Shown here piece by piece: positions 13,749 to 28,520 of a DNA stretch of 64,000 bases. Each line of letters starts with the position of its first letter. Position 1 is the stretch's first letter. The notes beneath the pieces are model-generated. The model worked only from the letters and a program-made list of their open reading frames with translations. It was not told where the DNA came from and searched no databases. The stretch covers positions 1,426,001 through 1,490,000 of the forward strand of contig CAVNZM010000005.1 in the NCBI GenBank assembly GCA_963693365.1, read 5' to 3'. This DNA is from Amoebidium appalachense. Taxonomy: Eukaryota > Protista > Ichthyosporea. Made by a program: the position numbers and the translations under genes.

Positions 13749-15580
13749 GACCTTGCTCCCTCACCGGGGTGTTCGTCTTCTCGTTACTGGTTGGTGTAGT
13801 GTCATGTGAGCTGCTGATTTGATAGGGATGTGCTGTTTCTAATTGTATGCTGTGAAGCACCCGCTGATGTCCGACTTGTTGGGCCCTTCCTACATGCATA
13901 AAGAAATAGTGTTAACGTTTTCTTGATTCCAGATAAGGATTTATGCATAATGATATGTCGTACATGTTGCTATTCCTTGTGACACCGTGTGCACCAATGA
14001 TCTGAAGGGCCCTTGTACATCGATAATCTTTCTTAAAACTTCATGTGCACCACTAAAAGTATGTCTGTTCGTTGGGTGGATCAATATCCGTTTCCGTTGT
14101 GCATCAATAAGTGTTTGCTGACATGATACTTGCACTGCCCCCACCGACAGTTCTGCACGGCTGGTCAAGGGGCCACTGCAGTCAGGACGGGCTGCGCGTG
14201 GTGCGGGGCCGGTACATATTCAAACTCCACCACCAACTTCACATGCACAACGTGTCCCGACGGTAGTGTCACGACCAGCTATGGGTTGACCAAATGTACT
14301 GTGTGCACGCCTGGCACGGCACCTAATACAGGCCGCACCAGTTGTGACATCTGCCAGTATGCCATGGCTAGCCCCAACGGCATGACTTGTCAAGCTTGCC
14401 CGGTTCCTATGATCGCCCCATTAGGGTCGCCAAATTGCTCGGTCAGAATGTGTGGGGTTTATCCCTCCCCCCCCCCCCCCCCCCCCTCCCCTCCCCCCCC
14501 CCCCCCCCTTTGCCTTCCCCCAGTATCCACTCCCTTCCTTCCCATCACCTCCACTAACCACCAAACACACATCGTTACATACAAGCGTCCGACCCTGCAT
14601 GCAGTCTGCCTGCAGAGTGCAAGAACAAGTGCTATTACATGTACTAAATCTTAGAGGCTTTTGCGTGGCCACAGCCCATCATGCGGCCTTGAGCTCGAGA
14701 CTGACCATTCGTGAGCCTTAGTATTACCCACACGATGCACATTACATAAACCAACTAACCAAGACCCCCCTTCCCCTCCCCCCCTTCCCCCCCCCCCCCC
14801 CCCCCTCCCTCCCCTCTCCCCCTCACCCCTTCTCACCCTCCCCTGTCCCACCCCGGCCCCTCTTACCCGCTCCCTCCCCTACCTACATATCCCTCCCCTT
14901 GTTGGAGCCACACAACCCCACCACCGAACCTGTCCCTACCACTCTCCACCCTCTCCCTTTCCTATGCCCCCTGGTACATTTCATTGCACAGTTTTGTCGA
15001 GCTGGCCAAGGCCCCAACTATTACCGAGGTGGGTGCGATATTTGTCCAGCCGGCAAGTACAGCAACGCCACAACCAACTTCACGTGTGCATCTTGTCCGG
15101 CCGGGGCAGTGGCAATAGCGGGATCTGCAAACTGTACGTTCTGCCAGCCAGGCACCATGCTCAGTGCTGATAATGGCACGTGCACCGTCTGTGCAGCCGG
15201 GTACTATGGCCCTGATGGCCTCAAGTGTGCCATGTGCCCGGCCAACCAGTGGTCCCTGGCAAATTCTTCCTCATGCTCGGTTTGTCCCCCCCCCCCCCCC
15301 CCCCCCCTCCCTCTGCACACCCCCTACTCTCCTCCCCACCCCATTCTCCTCCCCCCTACTCAGTACCTCCCCTTCCCCTCCCCCCCCCCCCCCCCCCCCC
15401 CCCCCCAGTCCCTCCTTACCCTATTCCCGTCACACAAACAAGGCACCCTCCCCTCCCTCCCCTCCATAAGCCACTGGCAACCCTACAGCCACACGTTTAT
15501 CACTAGGGCACCTATAGTAGTAGGCCAACAAACAGGTATTGTGACAGCGAGACGACCTTATGGTTGTTGACTCATAAGCG

Positions 15581-15615
<35 letters not shown>

Positions 15616-17170
15616 GGGGACCCACAGGCGAAACCAAAAAAATAGAAAAGAAAGAAAACGAAAAGAAAAGAGAGAACCTGAGAACGAAACCAACAGCATC
15701 CCTGTTACTCTTGGTCTAGGAGCACTCCGGCTCTGCAGCATCTACTCACTTTCCACCACACAGTACTGCTCGCCCGGGTACCAGTCCTATGCTCGTACAT
15801 TGTGCACGGCATGCTCCCCAGGATACTACAGCAGCAGCGCCACAAACTTCACCTGCGCCTACTGCCCTGCAGGAACAATCGCCCCCGGGTACAACAACAC
15901 CCAGTGTAAAAAGTGTTCGGCAGGGCAGACGGACTCCGGCCGCATCTCTTGCATTCTGTGCCCAGCATACTACTACAGCAATGCCGCCACAAACTTCACC
16001 TGTGTCTACTGTGCGCAGGCATTTACTACTGGTTCGACCACGTGCAAGTGCAACCCCGGGTGGTATACTGGTGCCACGGCCACCACTTGCACGCTGTGCC
16101 CAGCGGGCACCTACAGTTCGGACGGTCTGTCGTGCGTTCAGTGCCCTATTGGTACGTCGACCAATTGGCAGATAGGTAGAGTCAACTGCACGGCCTGCAC
16201 TGCGGGCACGTTTTCCCCCCAGGATCGTCAGTATTGCCAAAGCTGCCCGGCCGGCACCACCAGCAATGGCACTGTGTGCAACCTGTGTCCACTGGGCTAC
16301 TCGACGTCTGTCTACCCAGGCGCTACCTCCTGCACAAAGTGCAGCGCAGGTTACTACGCGCCGGCCAATCGCGTCAACTGTCTGGGGTGTCCTGCAGGAA
16401 CATATTCACCCAACGGCACCGAGTGCCTGCCCTGCCCCGACGGCTATTCGACCAATGGCGCCACGGCACGTGCCGTGTGCACCCCATGTGCTGCCGGCAC
16501 ATATCCCCTCAACGGATACTGCCAGCCCTGCCCGGCAGGCAAAAACAACACGGACGGCAAAGTGTGCCAACTCTGCCCCGAGGGCCAGTCCACACAGGGC
16601 CAAATCGGCCGTGTCAACTGCACAAAGTGTGCCGGTGGCTACTACAGCCGGCCGGATCGTTTTTATTGCACTGCGTGCCCGGCGGGCACCAACGGCACGG
16701 ACGGCCTCACCTGCCCCATGTGTCCAAATGGCACGTACAATTACTACGCTGGAAGCGTAAGTCTGCCCCGCTATTTACCCCCCCCCCCCCCCCCCCCCCT
16801 TCCCCCCCTTCCCCCCTCCCCCCACCCCATCCCCCTTTCCCCGGGCCCGGCCCCCTCAACCCATCCGCCCCAGTTTCAAACCAGTCCATCGTAGTCGTGT
16901 GCAATAAGCTTTAGGCCTGACAAACATCCGTGAGCCTCGCCGTCACATTAAATTATATCCAGAAGAGAAATGCATCTTTATTCAAGCATATTGCCTCCTT
17001 TCCTTGACTTTAACCAATTAATCAAGTATCATAGTGCCCTCTGGCCTCATTTGTAAATACGTTACATTTGTCCACGGTTACCATGTTCGAGCACTGCCTT
17101 CATTTCAATATGCCTAATGATATCCCAACAAATCTGTTGCCTTCTCTTAGGACAATAGAGTCCTTTTATC

Positions 17171-17203
<33 letters not shown>

Positions 17204-19793
17204 CCCCTCCCCCCTTCCAGGCCCCTCTTCCACTCCTCCTCCCCTTGGAGCCCCAGCCATTCTCCCCCCCCCCAAAAAAAATGTCTTACCCTCCTGCCTA
17301 CAAACAGGCCACCTGCAATCGATGCCCTAATGGACATTTTTCGAGCCCCGACCGCACGCGCTGTGTGCCCTGCCCGGGCGGGACCTACGGGCCCAACGGC
17401 AAGGACTGTGTGAGGTGTCCCATTGGCCGCACCACGCAGTATATAACTGGCAACGGCTACTCCTCGTGGTGGGCCGTGGCCACGGGCATGACGACATGCC
17501 AGCAGCTGTGCTTACCCGGCTATGAGGCCGCGCCTGACCGCACTCTCTGCCGTCTGTGCCGGCCGGGCACGTTCAGCACCAACGGCACCGAGTGCATACC
17601 CTGCCCAGCCCTGCAGTCCACCAATGGCTGGTACGGCCAATCCAGGTGCTACAACTGCACGGCCGGCTATGTGACGTCATATGCCAACCCAGGCACGTGC
17701 ACGGCATGCCCCCCCGGCACGTTCTTTGGCAATGCCACCTACTGCATGCCATGCCCTGCCGGCACCTACCAGCCCTACTACGCCCGCACCTCCCAAGCCC
17801 AGTGTCTGCCCTGCCCCCTTGGCCGCTACTGCCCCAAACTCGGAGTCTCGGCCGGCACCGTGTGCCCTGCAGGCCGGTTTGCCAACGTCACGGGGCTGGC
17901 GCAGTGCTACCCGTGCAGGGAGGGCATGTACCAGCCCTACACGGGCCAGACCAGCTGCCTGAAGTGCCCCGCATCAACCCCCGTATCTGTTGGCGGCCGG
18001 CGATGTGCATCGTCGGCCTGTCCAAACGGCACCACCCAGGCCACGCCCCTTCTGTGTGTCGAGTGCGAGGGTGACGGGTTCAAGAGCAACACGACGGGAG
18101 AGTGCATCGAGTGTCCCGAGGGCTACAGTGAGCTGGACGGAGAATGCCAGGCCGATGGTGGGTGCACAGCCGCCCGATTTCGCACTTCCCTTCCAGCCTA
18201 GTTGCTATCCATATAAGTATCACCAACCCAGCCTATTGGAGGTCTACATTTTGCTTGTCAAAGCTCAACGTCATGTCCGTTGCATGCCCCCCCCCCCCCC
18301 CCCCCCCCCCCTCCCATAAGGAATAAACTTCGAGAGACGTCACGGTGGTTTGGATTTAGGTTTCATTTCCATCAGTGCTCACTTCCTTATTTCTGCACAC
18401 CCAAAAACAGATTTCGAGGATCAAGATGAGTGTGTGCTGGGAGTGCATCGCTGCAGCGGCAACTCCACGTGCACCAATACCATGGGCAGCTACAAGTGTG
18501 CATGTGCCCAAGGCCTCTACGACTACTACGGTGATGGTACAAAGTGCACTGGTGAGTGAAACATTCAAAACTGTATCTCATATTGATGGCTGCAAATGTA
18601 TGCGTTGCTTTCAAGTAGAGGGCTGATGCGGCACCCACATTTCTCGAATTTCTTTGCAAGCCTTTTTTGGGCCGTGAGCCATTAATGGTGTCGCCATCAT
18701 CAACCTCCATATAACGGAGTATACATCTCACTGGGAGGAAAATTGACTACACAATGGGGGCATCATGACGGGATGGTTTCTTCAGTGTGTCTTCATTGTT
18801 GCCCTTTCATATGCCATCAAGAAGACATCGCATAGCGGCTCTCCACATTCTCTAGTTCCCTTCACCGTAAGTAACAATACCCTGGGTCATCACCACCAAA
18901 TTTTGCGCCTTTGCCCTCAACCTTGATAAGAGCACTGGTGTCCACTTCAATATCTCTCTCTCTCTCCCCCCCCCCCCCCCCTCCCCCTCCCCCCCCCCCC
19001 CCCCCCCACCCCCACGCCACCCCACGCCACCCCACGCCACCCCACCCCACCACACCACACCTCCCCATTCTTTCCCACTGGCCCGTCCCAGCACTAACAC
19101 CCGGCGGCCACAGCAGCGGCCGCGGGCCTGTGCCAGGGCTACACTACGGGGGTTGCCGACCAGCAGGAGATGCACGGGCTGCTGGCAAAGTACTACCCGC
19201 AGTCTGGCTACGACCCCGATAACCTGCCGTCTCCCACCGCCACCCACTTTGACCGCATCGAGCCCGGTGCATTCAAGAACACCCCTGCATCTCTGCTGGG
19301 TTTGTCTGCCACCCCCATCCCCTCCCTTAAAGAACACCCCCACATCTCTGCTGGGTTTGCCTTGCCCAGCCATCCCCATCCCCTTTCTTAAAGAAGGCCC
19401 CGCACCTCTGCTGGGTTTGTCCTGCGACCCTCATCCCCCCTCATACTCTTGGCCCATTGGTGATGCCTGTTGCATGGTTGCATTATCCAGCTACGCCATG
19501 GTCGGTGCCTCCATGCAACTGGACGCGCACACACAGAGGATAACCGCGCTTGTAATTTCTACGACTATATAACATCCTCTCACACGATTATTCGGTGCCT
19601 TTGCCTACAGGCACAGCCATTGGTGAAGTTGGCACGATTTCAATCGGATCGCGCAGCTGGATCACGGTCAAGCTGAAGAGGCGCTACCCAAATCCCGTTG
19701 TTGTTCTGACGCCGGGAAGTATGGTTGCCATCCCCCGCACATACCAGCCTGTGGTGGGAGAGGTCACTTCCGACTCTTTTACCGTCCGGTAGG

Positions 19794-19833
<40 letters not shown>

Positions 19834-20223
19834 CCCTCCTTCCCCTCCCCCTCCCCTCTCAAAGCTCACAGTATAAAACCATATGGGCCCTCTCGTGGTC
19901 GGTAACACCGTACAGCCAATCACTGCACTTGCAAATACACAGCCTCATCCATATGCAACGACATCGGAGCCCCACTGATTCACCCATTCCCCCTCAATCG
20001 CCACAACAATGCGTACATCGTCACTTCTCTATCACAACTTGATGACCTGCATGGCATACACCGAAATCTCCTCCTCCTTTTGATCCGATTCCGATTTCAC
20101 ACTCTGCTATAAAGCCTAGGGCATGCGCACCACTTGACTCCTCACGTGCACACACCAAGAGAATCGTTCCTGTAGCTCCATTTTTTAATTGCTTGATTGC
20201 CATCTTCCCCCCTTCCCCCCTTC

Positions 20224-20269
<46 letters not shown>

Positions 20270-23200
20270 CACCACCACCATCACCACCAACACACACACA
20301 CACACACACCTCACACCCACTCCTTCCGCCGTCACTCACACACCCACACGTTCCACTTCCACCCTACCATCGTGCACACACATCGCCCACTCACACGTGC
20401 CACCATCTTACCACTATGCACACGCATCCCCCCCCCCCCCCCCCCCCCCCCGCCCCCTCAAATCAGGCTTGTGGGCGACAAGTGTGTGCCGTCGACGTCA
20501 CAAAACGACACCAATGTGTACAGCATCAGCTACATGGTGATGACCGAGGGCCAGTACTACCTGCCTGTGGCACGTGACAACACCACATACCAGCGCGTGG
20601 TCGTGGGCATGGCTCCCCTCCTTGCCAGCATGACGAACCAAGTCAACCACACCGTGCGCCTGCCCCCGGTGTGTTTTGTTTTCCTAAGCTCCCCCCTCCC
20701 CCCCCCCCCCCCCCCCTCTCGCCCCCCTCCCCCCCCTCCTCCCCCGCCAAAGAAAAAGAGAGGGGGGGGGAGGGGGGGGAGGGAGAGAGAGAAAGAGAGA
20801 GAGAGAGAGCAAAGCAAATTCATGTTTGAATAAGTGGCATTTCCTCAGGTGTGTGCTCCTTTCTTTCTTCTCCTATGTATGGGAAACCTGGTTCCCCGTG
20901 TGTGGAAATACCCAATCCCATGTGTCAGACTATCGCCTGCACGAGGAACTTGGTCACGGGACCACATTGCCCCTTTGCCGCACCTGCATGCACGTGGACT
21001 ATGATCCCAACGGCAACAGGGTTCCGAATATTGACATGTGCACACAGCTGTTTGCCAGCAAGATGAAGCCTCCCGCCGTGCTGCTTCAAGTCCAGGACGG
21101 GGACGAAGACGGGGCTTTGTTCAATCCGCGCTTTGTGCATCCAAACACCCTCGAAGGGCGAACAACAATCATCCTGGACAGCAACATCAACGCAACACGA
21201 ATCAAGCGTGTGGGCTACATCATCATCGAGTCAGGTGGGCCCTTGGTTTATCTTTGAGTGTGAGATATGATCAGTGGATTCACTGACAGGTGACATGCCG
21301 GTATCGACTGTACATGGGGGTGAGAGGCGCGGTGGTATTTCATTGATGTCAATCAACTTAGCAACCGTGAGATAATCATTGGGGATAGTGCTGGGTTGAA
21401 AAAGTACGATGGCTTGCTAGTGTGGAGGCAAAAAGCGAAGTCATGGATCTGGGGTTGTGAGGTGTCATGATATCTACGTGGGCAAAAACTTCTTGAACAC
21501 AGGTGTGTGATGCAATGCTGACTATGTTGGTGTGAAGGGCAAAAGGTTTCAACTTTACAAAGGCTGATTTTGCACGACGTAACTGTTGTTCATTCTGGTG
21601 GTCATTTTCACCATGGCAGCACTTAGAGCCACTCCGCCTCCCCGATGCAACCACAGTAACTTTTAACTAACCAAGTGGTGCCCGGCGGCAGGGCCAAGCC
21701 AATTCTGGGGCAGCCAGAAGATCTTCAACGGACATTCGAACTTCAGCAGTAGTCAAATTTACTTCAGTTTCCCGGCTAACACGTTCCTGGGCCCCAAGGC
21801 GCCACTGATTTTCACAACCGAAAGCAGTGCAGTGGCACTGGACTTTGCACTCATGCGCATCATAAGGTAAACACCACAATATATGGGATGTTTTGTGGTA
21901 AATTCAAAAGGGTGATGGGCCCAAATGCAAGCATAAATCTCCTCTGGGTTAGCCGCCTTTGCCTAGCTGCAGTCCTTACCCCACTTCCCCGTTAAAAGTG
22001 AAGTGCTGCCTGCATTGGATATAGCATGTGAGGTTAATGGGTCGGAACCCGGTTAGGGTGATAACTCTAACCCCCAGAGGATGGGCTCTCATTATTTATG
22101 TGCATACTCTCTGGGTGCTCTTTTTTTGCAGAAATGTGCTTATTGTTGTCTGTCGTGGATGTTTTCTTCGTACTCTGGAAAACATTCTACACCACCTTCC
22201 CCCCCCCCCCCCCCCCCAAAAAAAAGGAAAGAAAACCAATAAAAACAAAACACACCCACACGGTGCACACACACGCACATGCACACGCACACACGCCGTT
22301 CCACGCCACAGCTGCATGCACGTCTCAAAATGTCTTCTAATATGCCGCATTTGCTATGCCATGCCATAGTCTTTCACTGTGACCAGCACCCTGGACCCCT
22401 TCTCCCCCCCCCCCCCCCCACCACCACCACCATTCCCACTACCTAACACGCACCAAACTAGCCAAAACACGGGCTTCTACGGCTACTACCGCGAGGACCA
22501 GTGTGAAGATGCCGAGGTGGTGCATGTGAATTCGCCGACGTCTATTTTTGGCATCCAAACAACAAACGACACCTTCCTGCGCTTCCCAGGTATAACCATC
22601 CCATTCCAATGGCATTGCTAGACTTCGTGGTGACCTGGTGGGGCAGTGAGAGCTGACCAATATTATGCCATTACACCCACACGGTAGTAGTGCCTCAATG
22701 GCACAGCTGGTTAGGGTTGTGCGAGACTGTACTAATGGTGCAACTGTATAAATCCCCCCTCCCCCTACCCCTTCCCCCCCCCCCCCCCCAAAAAAAAAAC
22801 ACACACACACACAAACACACGCACAAACACACACACACACACAAATACACACACGTACACACACACACACCACCTCCTCCATTATCAATCCACCACAACC
22901 CTCCCCATCTACCATTTAGGCTTTAACATCTCTGCGGCGCAAGCGGCTCTCGTGGAGAGCGAGTTGGGTGTGTTTGCCAAGCAGCAGCCCATGTACGTGG
23001 AGTACACGGGCAGACTGGTGTGCCCATGCACGGGCACGTACGAGCTGAGGCTCAGGGGCACAACTGCACGCACACAGGTTGGTGTTGCGAGCTGCATATG
23101 GATGTATTTGGGGGTGGAAGGGGAGAGGGAAGCTGATGTTCATGCTCTGGTTTCCTGCACTTACATGTGCTCATTATTATATCAGTACAATCAGCCCATT

Positions 23201-25742
23201 TCCACACATGCACGATTTCTCTCGCTGTCGTTTGCCTCAGTAACTACAATTTGGTGAACTATCTAGACGGAACTGGCCCGGTATAGAAACACAACACAAG
23301 ACGAAAAAAAACAACCATTTCTAAAGCAAACAGGGCCGTGGCACCCACTCACCATGCACGCAGGTGTACCTGGACGGGGAGCTTGGACTGGACACCGGGG
23401 TCAGCGGCATGGACTATGGCAGTCTGAGCTGCGAGGCAAACACCACCACAAACCTCCGCATCGCCCACTTTGAGGAGCAGGGTGCGTGCCTTGAATGTGG
23501 TTGTTGTGATGTGTTCTCCGGTAATGGAATAAGCAGCACATACACACTCTTAGGGCGTCAACTGAGTTGCACGCTAGCGCGTTCATCGTGATGCAGCTGC
23601 ATGTGGACACAATAGAAATGGCCAAGCATGTGGCTCTCTCGTCCCTGACACAGCTACCCACACAGGACCTTACGGTTGCACCAAGGCTCAGTCAAGCTCT
23701 GTCGTCCATTTTGTGCGCAATGGACCAATGACAACAGGGCGGTTGCGAACCATGCAATCCTATTGGTACGGATATTGGTACACCCCCGAACAGCTGGCCG
23801 ACTACACGGTGGCCCAGTACATGCCCGACAGCGACGCAAACAACGACCTGAGTGTGGTCTCGTCTGGCAATCAGCTCTCCATTCAGGGCAACTATGGGAC
23901 GAAGAACACACCAATCGTTGACAAGTTTACACTCGCACCTGCAACCGGAACACTGCTGGTGAGACCATATTACCTACCCCTCTCTCCATACCTATTTACC
24001 CCTCCCCCCCGCCCACCCAATTTCGAAGGGTTACCTCATGTTCACTAAATTAAAGATAACAGATACTCCCTCCCTCCCCCCCCCTTTCCCTGCGCTTTCT
24101 CCCTCCCCCCCTCCCCTTCACCTTGTCTTATGCCACTTACACAGACACACACATATGTACACTATCTCTCCCTATCTTGGAAGATCCCAAGAAACGAAGG
24201 CAAGGTTCTTGCATTATGGTTGCCTTCTTCCCCACCGGACCTCCTTTGTTGTTTGTCCTTTATTGCTTTCGTTTCATCTTCTTTTCCTTCCTCGCGCTCT
24301 CCCTTCCCTCCCTTTCCCTCAGGCTTTGTTACTCACCCGCTCCCACCATCACAGCCCCGCACCATCCGGTTCTATAAAGAGGCTTCCGCCCACCCTGGCT
24401 ACCGCAGTGAGATTGCCTCGTACAAGTTCGAATGGACCCTCAACATTCCTGTCACGGTTCGGGTCGCAAAGCCCGGCTCGTTGCTCTCCGGCCCGGGAGG
24501 GTCACGGATTCCAGACAGCTCCCCTTTGACCAACGGAACCACTCTTTACTCGGCAATGATCGAAAGCTCTCCAGGCTCCCATTGGTGGATCGAATTTGGG
24601 TACTCGTTACAGGCGATTCCTAAGCCAATCACAATCACCGTGACCAGGTCCAATCCTTTAAACGGCCCCGGTAACCCCTGGCTAAGGGAGGAGACAATGT
24701 GGGAGATGTCCGGGGCCGATAAATGGACCTGTGCCATGCCACGTACGAACCCATCTGTTTTCTCTTTCCGTGACATGCATAAGACACATCACCGAAAGCC
24801 ACACAGCACCACGCCCGCACGTTCACTCCCACGTATGCACAACGCACACACGTACACGTGTAGAAAATAATGTCTTTACAACATCAATTGCACTAGCAGC
24901 GGCAGCCCCCCTTGGTCAAGTGTCGTTCCCACGTGCATTTGTGCTGATCCCTATTTTTTTTTAAAGATTAAGGAAATGCGGTGCCTAGATGTGCATACTA
25001 ACACCCTAGGGCCAAGTACTCTACATTGATCTGCAAGGGCCGTCAGTTATGCCACAGAGACACTGGTCGAAAATCAACCACAGGGTGATGTATTTTTCAA
25101 AGTAGTCCTGACGCCTTTTTCTGCCTACAGCGGCTGACGGGACATTCAGCCTCGAGTGGAAGGTGCCCGAGTCAAACGACTTTTACGGCTTATCCAACAC
25201 GTATCTCCTGCCGGGATATGCCGGCCAGCCCCTTATTTTCCGCGACAATATTGTGGCATCTGGTCCGACACTCGAAGAGAGAGCAATAGAGGTATATCCC
25301 TTGATATAAGTTCCCTGGTTAAGGAAAAACGGGACAGATGGCAATTTGAAAAAAGAAAGCAATAGGCTAGCATCAGCATGGCAAACCTACCGCTGGGTTG
25401 AAGGTGAATGCTAACTATGTTCCTCAGAGTGCCACCGCTAAGTTGCTAATCCACCCACCCGTTCCTAGGTGGTACTCTCGTCTCCGCCTAAGTCAAATGT
25501 GACGCTGCAAGTTCTCAATCCCGTAGCCTCGGATCTGATTGGCTTTGCCACATGCAACATCACATTCACCCCCACCAACTGGGAGACCCCTCAGTCGGTC
25601 ATCACAGCTCCTTTGGCGTCGACTGGATACCGTGAACGAGTACGGTTCCCCCCCCGTCCCCCCCCCCCCCGCCCCCCCTTCCCTGCCCCCGCCTGCCAAC
25701 ATACGCACGTGCACCACACACACACACCCACACACACCCACA

Positions 25743-25801
<59 letters not shown>

Positions 25802-28472
25802 GTGCACATGCACACACACACACACGTGCACATGCACATGCGCACATGCACGCCCTCCCAGTGTGTATGTTTGAATGCGAGGATGCTGGGGGGAAACAGA
25901 AACTCATGCCATATTCCCAGCACAAGCGTAGCCAAGTACTGAGCAAGCTAATCCGCATTCTCCTATGTGGCCATTTATCTAACCCCAAGGAACGACCGTT
26001 TCAGATCGAAGGCAACGTTCTCGTGTACATGAAGACAGCCAGTGACCAGGAATCCTTCGACGGCCGTGTGGCCAGTGCCCAATTCGTATCTCCCGCTGCA
26101 ATGTCGGGTGGGATTGCACCACCTCCCAGCGTGGGCATTCAGCCTGGCGGAGGCTGGGTAGTAAAGAAGTACAAGAACTGGGGCGTGTGCAGCTCAACGG
26201 TGGGTGATTGGTTGTGTGTCAGCACTGAGACTTGGCGCTTCTCGCCTAAAGCAATGCGTGATTGCTTTTCGATCTGGGTACCCAATTGTGTAAATTAATC
26301 GGCTATTTGGCATTCGACTTGGGGTATATAGTTGTAGTTCGATCTGGGGTGCCCATCTGTGAGAGTTAATCAGGCCAGTGAATAATGCGGTTCGATCTGG
26401 GGTGCCCATCTCTTTAAATTAATCGGGCTAGTAAATAATGCGGTTCGATCTGGGGTGCCCGTCTGAACTAAGTGTTGAGAACTATGGTGCTGACTTATCG
26501 CGTTTTGCCCCACAGAACGACCCGAACATGCGCACTTTCGACGTCTCGTATTTTGTAAGTTACCCACTCCCGTCCGATCTCGCAATCGTAGTAATAGCGT
26601 TGTCGTGGAAGGGTTTGTGCACCCAACTGACCCTGTGGGGGCATGTACTGCATGAGCGTATGGATTTGTAGGTCGTCGACCCACACACTCATTATGCACA
26701 TGGCATCACACACGGGTACACACACGCTCGAGCTTGCACACGCAATACGCAACAAACACGCACAAGGCACACACGCATCTCATGTGGCGTAGGGACATGG
26801 ATGCAACAACACACTTACACAACCTTTAAACGTTTTACCCACAGGGGTTCCACGGCTACCCGGGCGCCGCCACCCCATGGTGGTATCTTTTGCGGGACAG
26901 AACCTCCAACTTTGTAGTTCAAGCTAAGATCACAACGTGTGCCGGCCTGAGTGCAAAATGCAACAAGGTGATTGTCGTCAAATACAACACCACGGTCATT
27001 GCCATTATGCCCACAGCCTACACTGCCACTTTCCTGTACCCCTCGTACTACTACTTGAACAAGGGCAACAACGGGGTGAAGGTTAACCTGAGAAAAGGCC
27101 GTGCAATGGTGCTCGAAGTGGCTTTGCCCAGTGGCGCGCGGGTGCAAGCAATGAATTACAAAAAAAGTCTGACGGTGGTGTTGGTTGTTCCAAAGGGGCC
27201 CTATTATAAGTGCATAACTGGTATCTGTGGAAACTTCGACGATATAGGTTTGGACCCCCCCCCCCCCCCGGCCAACACACACACACACAATCAAACACAC
27301 GCACAAGGCAACCACTTCACATAGATGTGCATTTTTTTTAGTGTGCCACACCAGTGTGCTTGTGCTGCAAGTGTGTGGCAGAAGAATTGGTGCTAGGGGT
27401 GTTCCGGGCAACATCAGAGTTTCTGGGTTGTGTTTAAAAGGGGTTGTAATTGACCAATGGAGCCCAAGAGACGACCCTTGATTCATTGCCTTTTAAATAT
27501 ATTTAGAAAACCAAAAAAACCCCGAAAATTAAGCAAGATAATTGACACTGCTTTTTTTGCAGCCGACACGACAAATCCACAGAAAATAAACGCTGCAAAT
27601 GCGGTCCCGGCCGGCCAAGTGCTAATCACCAATCCGCTGGCGGTTCTCCCTCCAAACACCGCAACCGTGAAGTCGGAGTGCCCCCCCGATGTTCCCCGCT
27701 ACTTGGGCTGCTCACCTCCGGGTTACAAACCGGTTGTAGAATCAGTCAACACTGCCAAAAACGGCTCAAACTCCACCTCACAAGTACCCGTCACCGTGTG
27801 GGAAGATCTGGTCCCCCCTATGACACCCGCGGATTTCCAGGCTGAGTGGGCAAAAATAGTCAATGCCTCACAGAACCAATCGTATCTGCCCGTGAACCCT
27901 GATGGGAGCTACATAATACCCAACGCCACAGACGCTCAAACCGAGGCGTGCCAATCGCTGATCAACCAGGTCAGTGTTACCCCACGTGTGTTATGGAGGG
28001 CGGCATTTGAGGCATCTTTAGCCATTTCTCAGTGGAAATGAGGTCGTTGTGAAAGTGCTGAGATCAATGTAGAGACGTGTAGCCAGTGCACACTTCACAC
28101 TCACCGCTCCTTCCCCACCGTGCAGGCACTCTGCCCCAGCATGCCAGCAGCCAGCGTGCTTGCCCACCAGACACTGTGCATTGAGACCATGGCATTAATG
28201 GGCCAAATTCCCGGGGAGGAAGAGGCCTTGCCGTTCCTGGAGGAGTGCAGCCTGCTGGAGGGGGAGGAGGCATGCTCCCAGTGTGACCTGTCCCAGCAGT
28301 GCCAAGACGGAAAGTGTTTGGGCGCCCCCGAGTGCCCCCTTGGCTGTGGCAGCAAGCTCAACAAGTGCGTCAAGGGCGCCTGTGTGTGCTCAGACCCGTT
28401 CTACGGAGAGTTCTGCGAGTTCTCAAGAAGCAACAGTAAGTGCTCGCACAGTCACCTGCAGCAGGGCAGGGT

Positions 28473-28520
<48 letters not shown>

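Noticed and set aside
26267-26464. CRISPR-like regularly spaced repeats
   Set aside because: The intervening sequences are similar to each other rather than unique, the array is in a eukaryotic intron, and there are no cas genes. It is a minisatellite.
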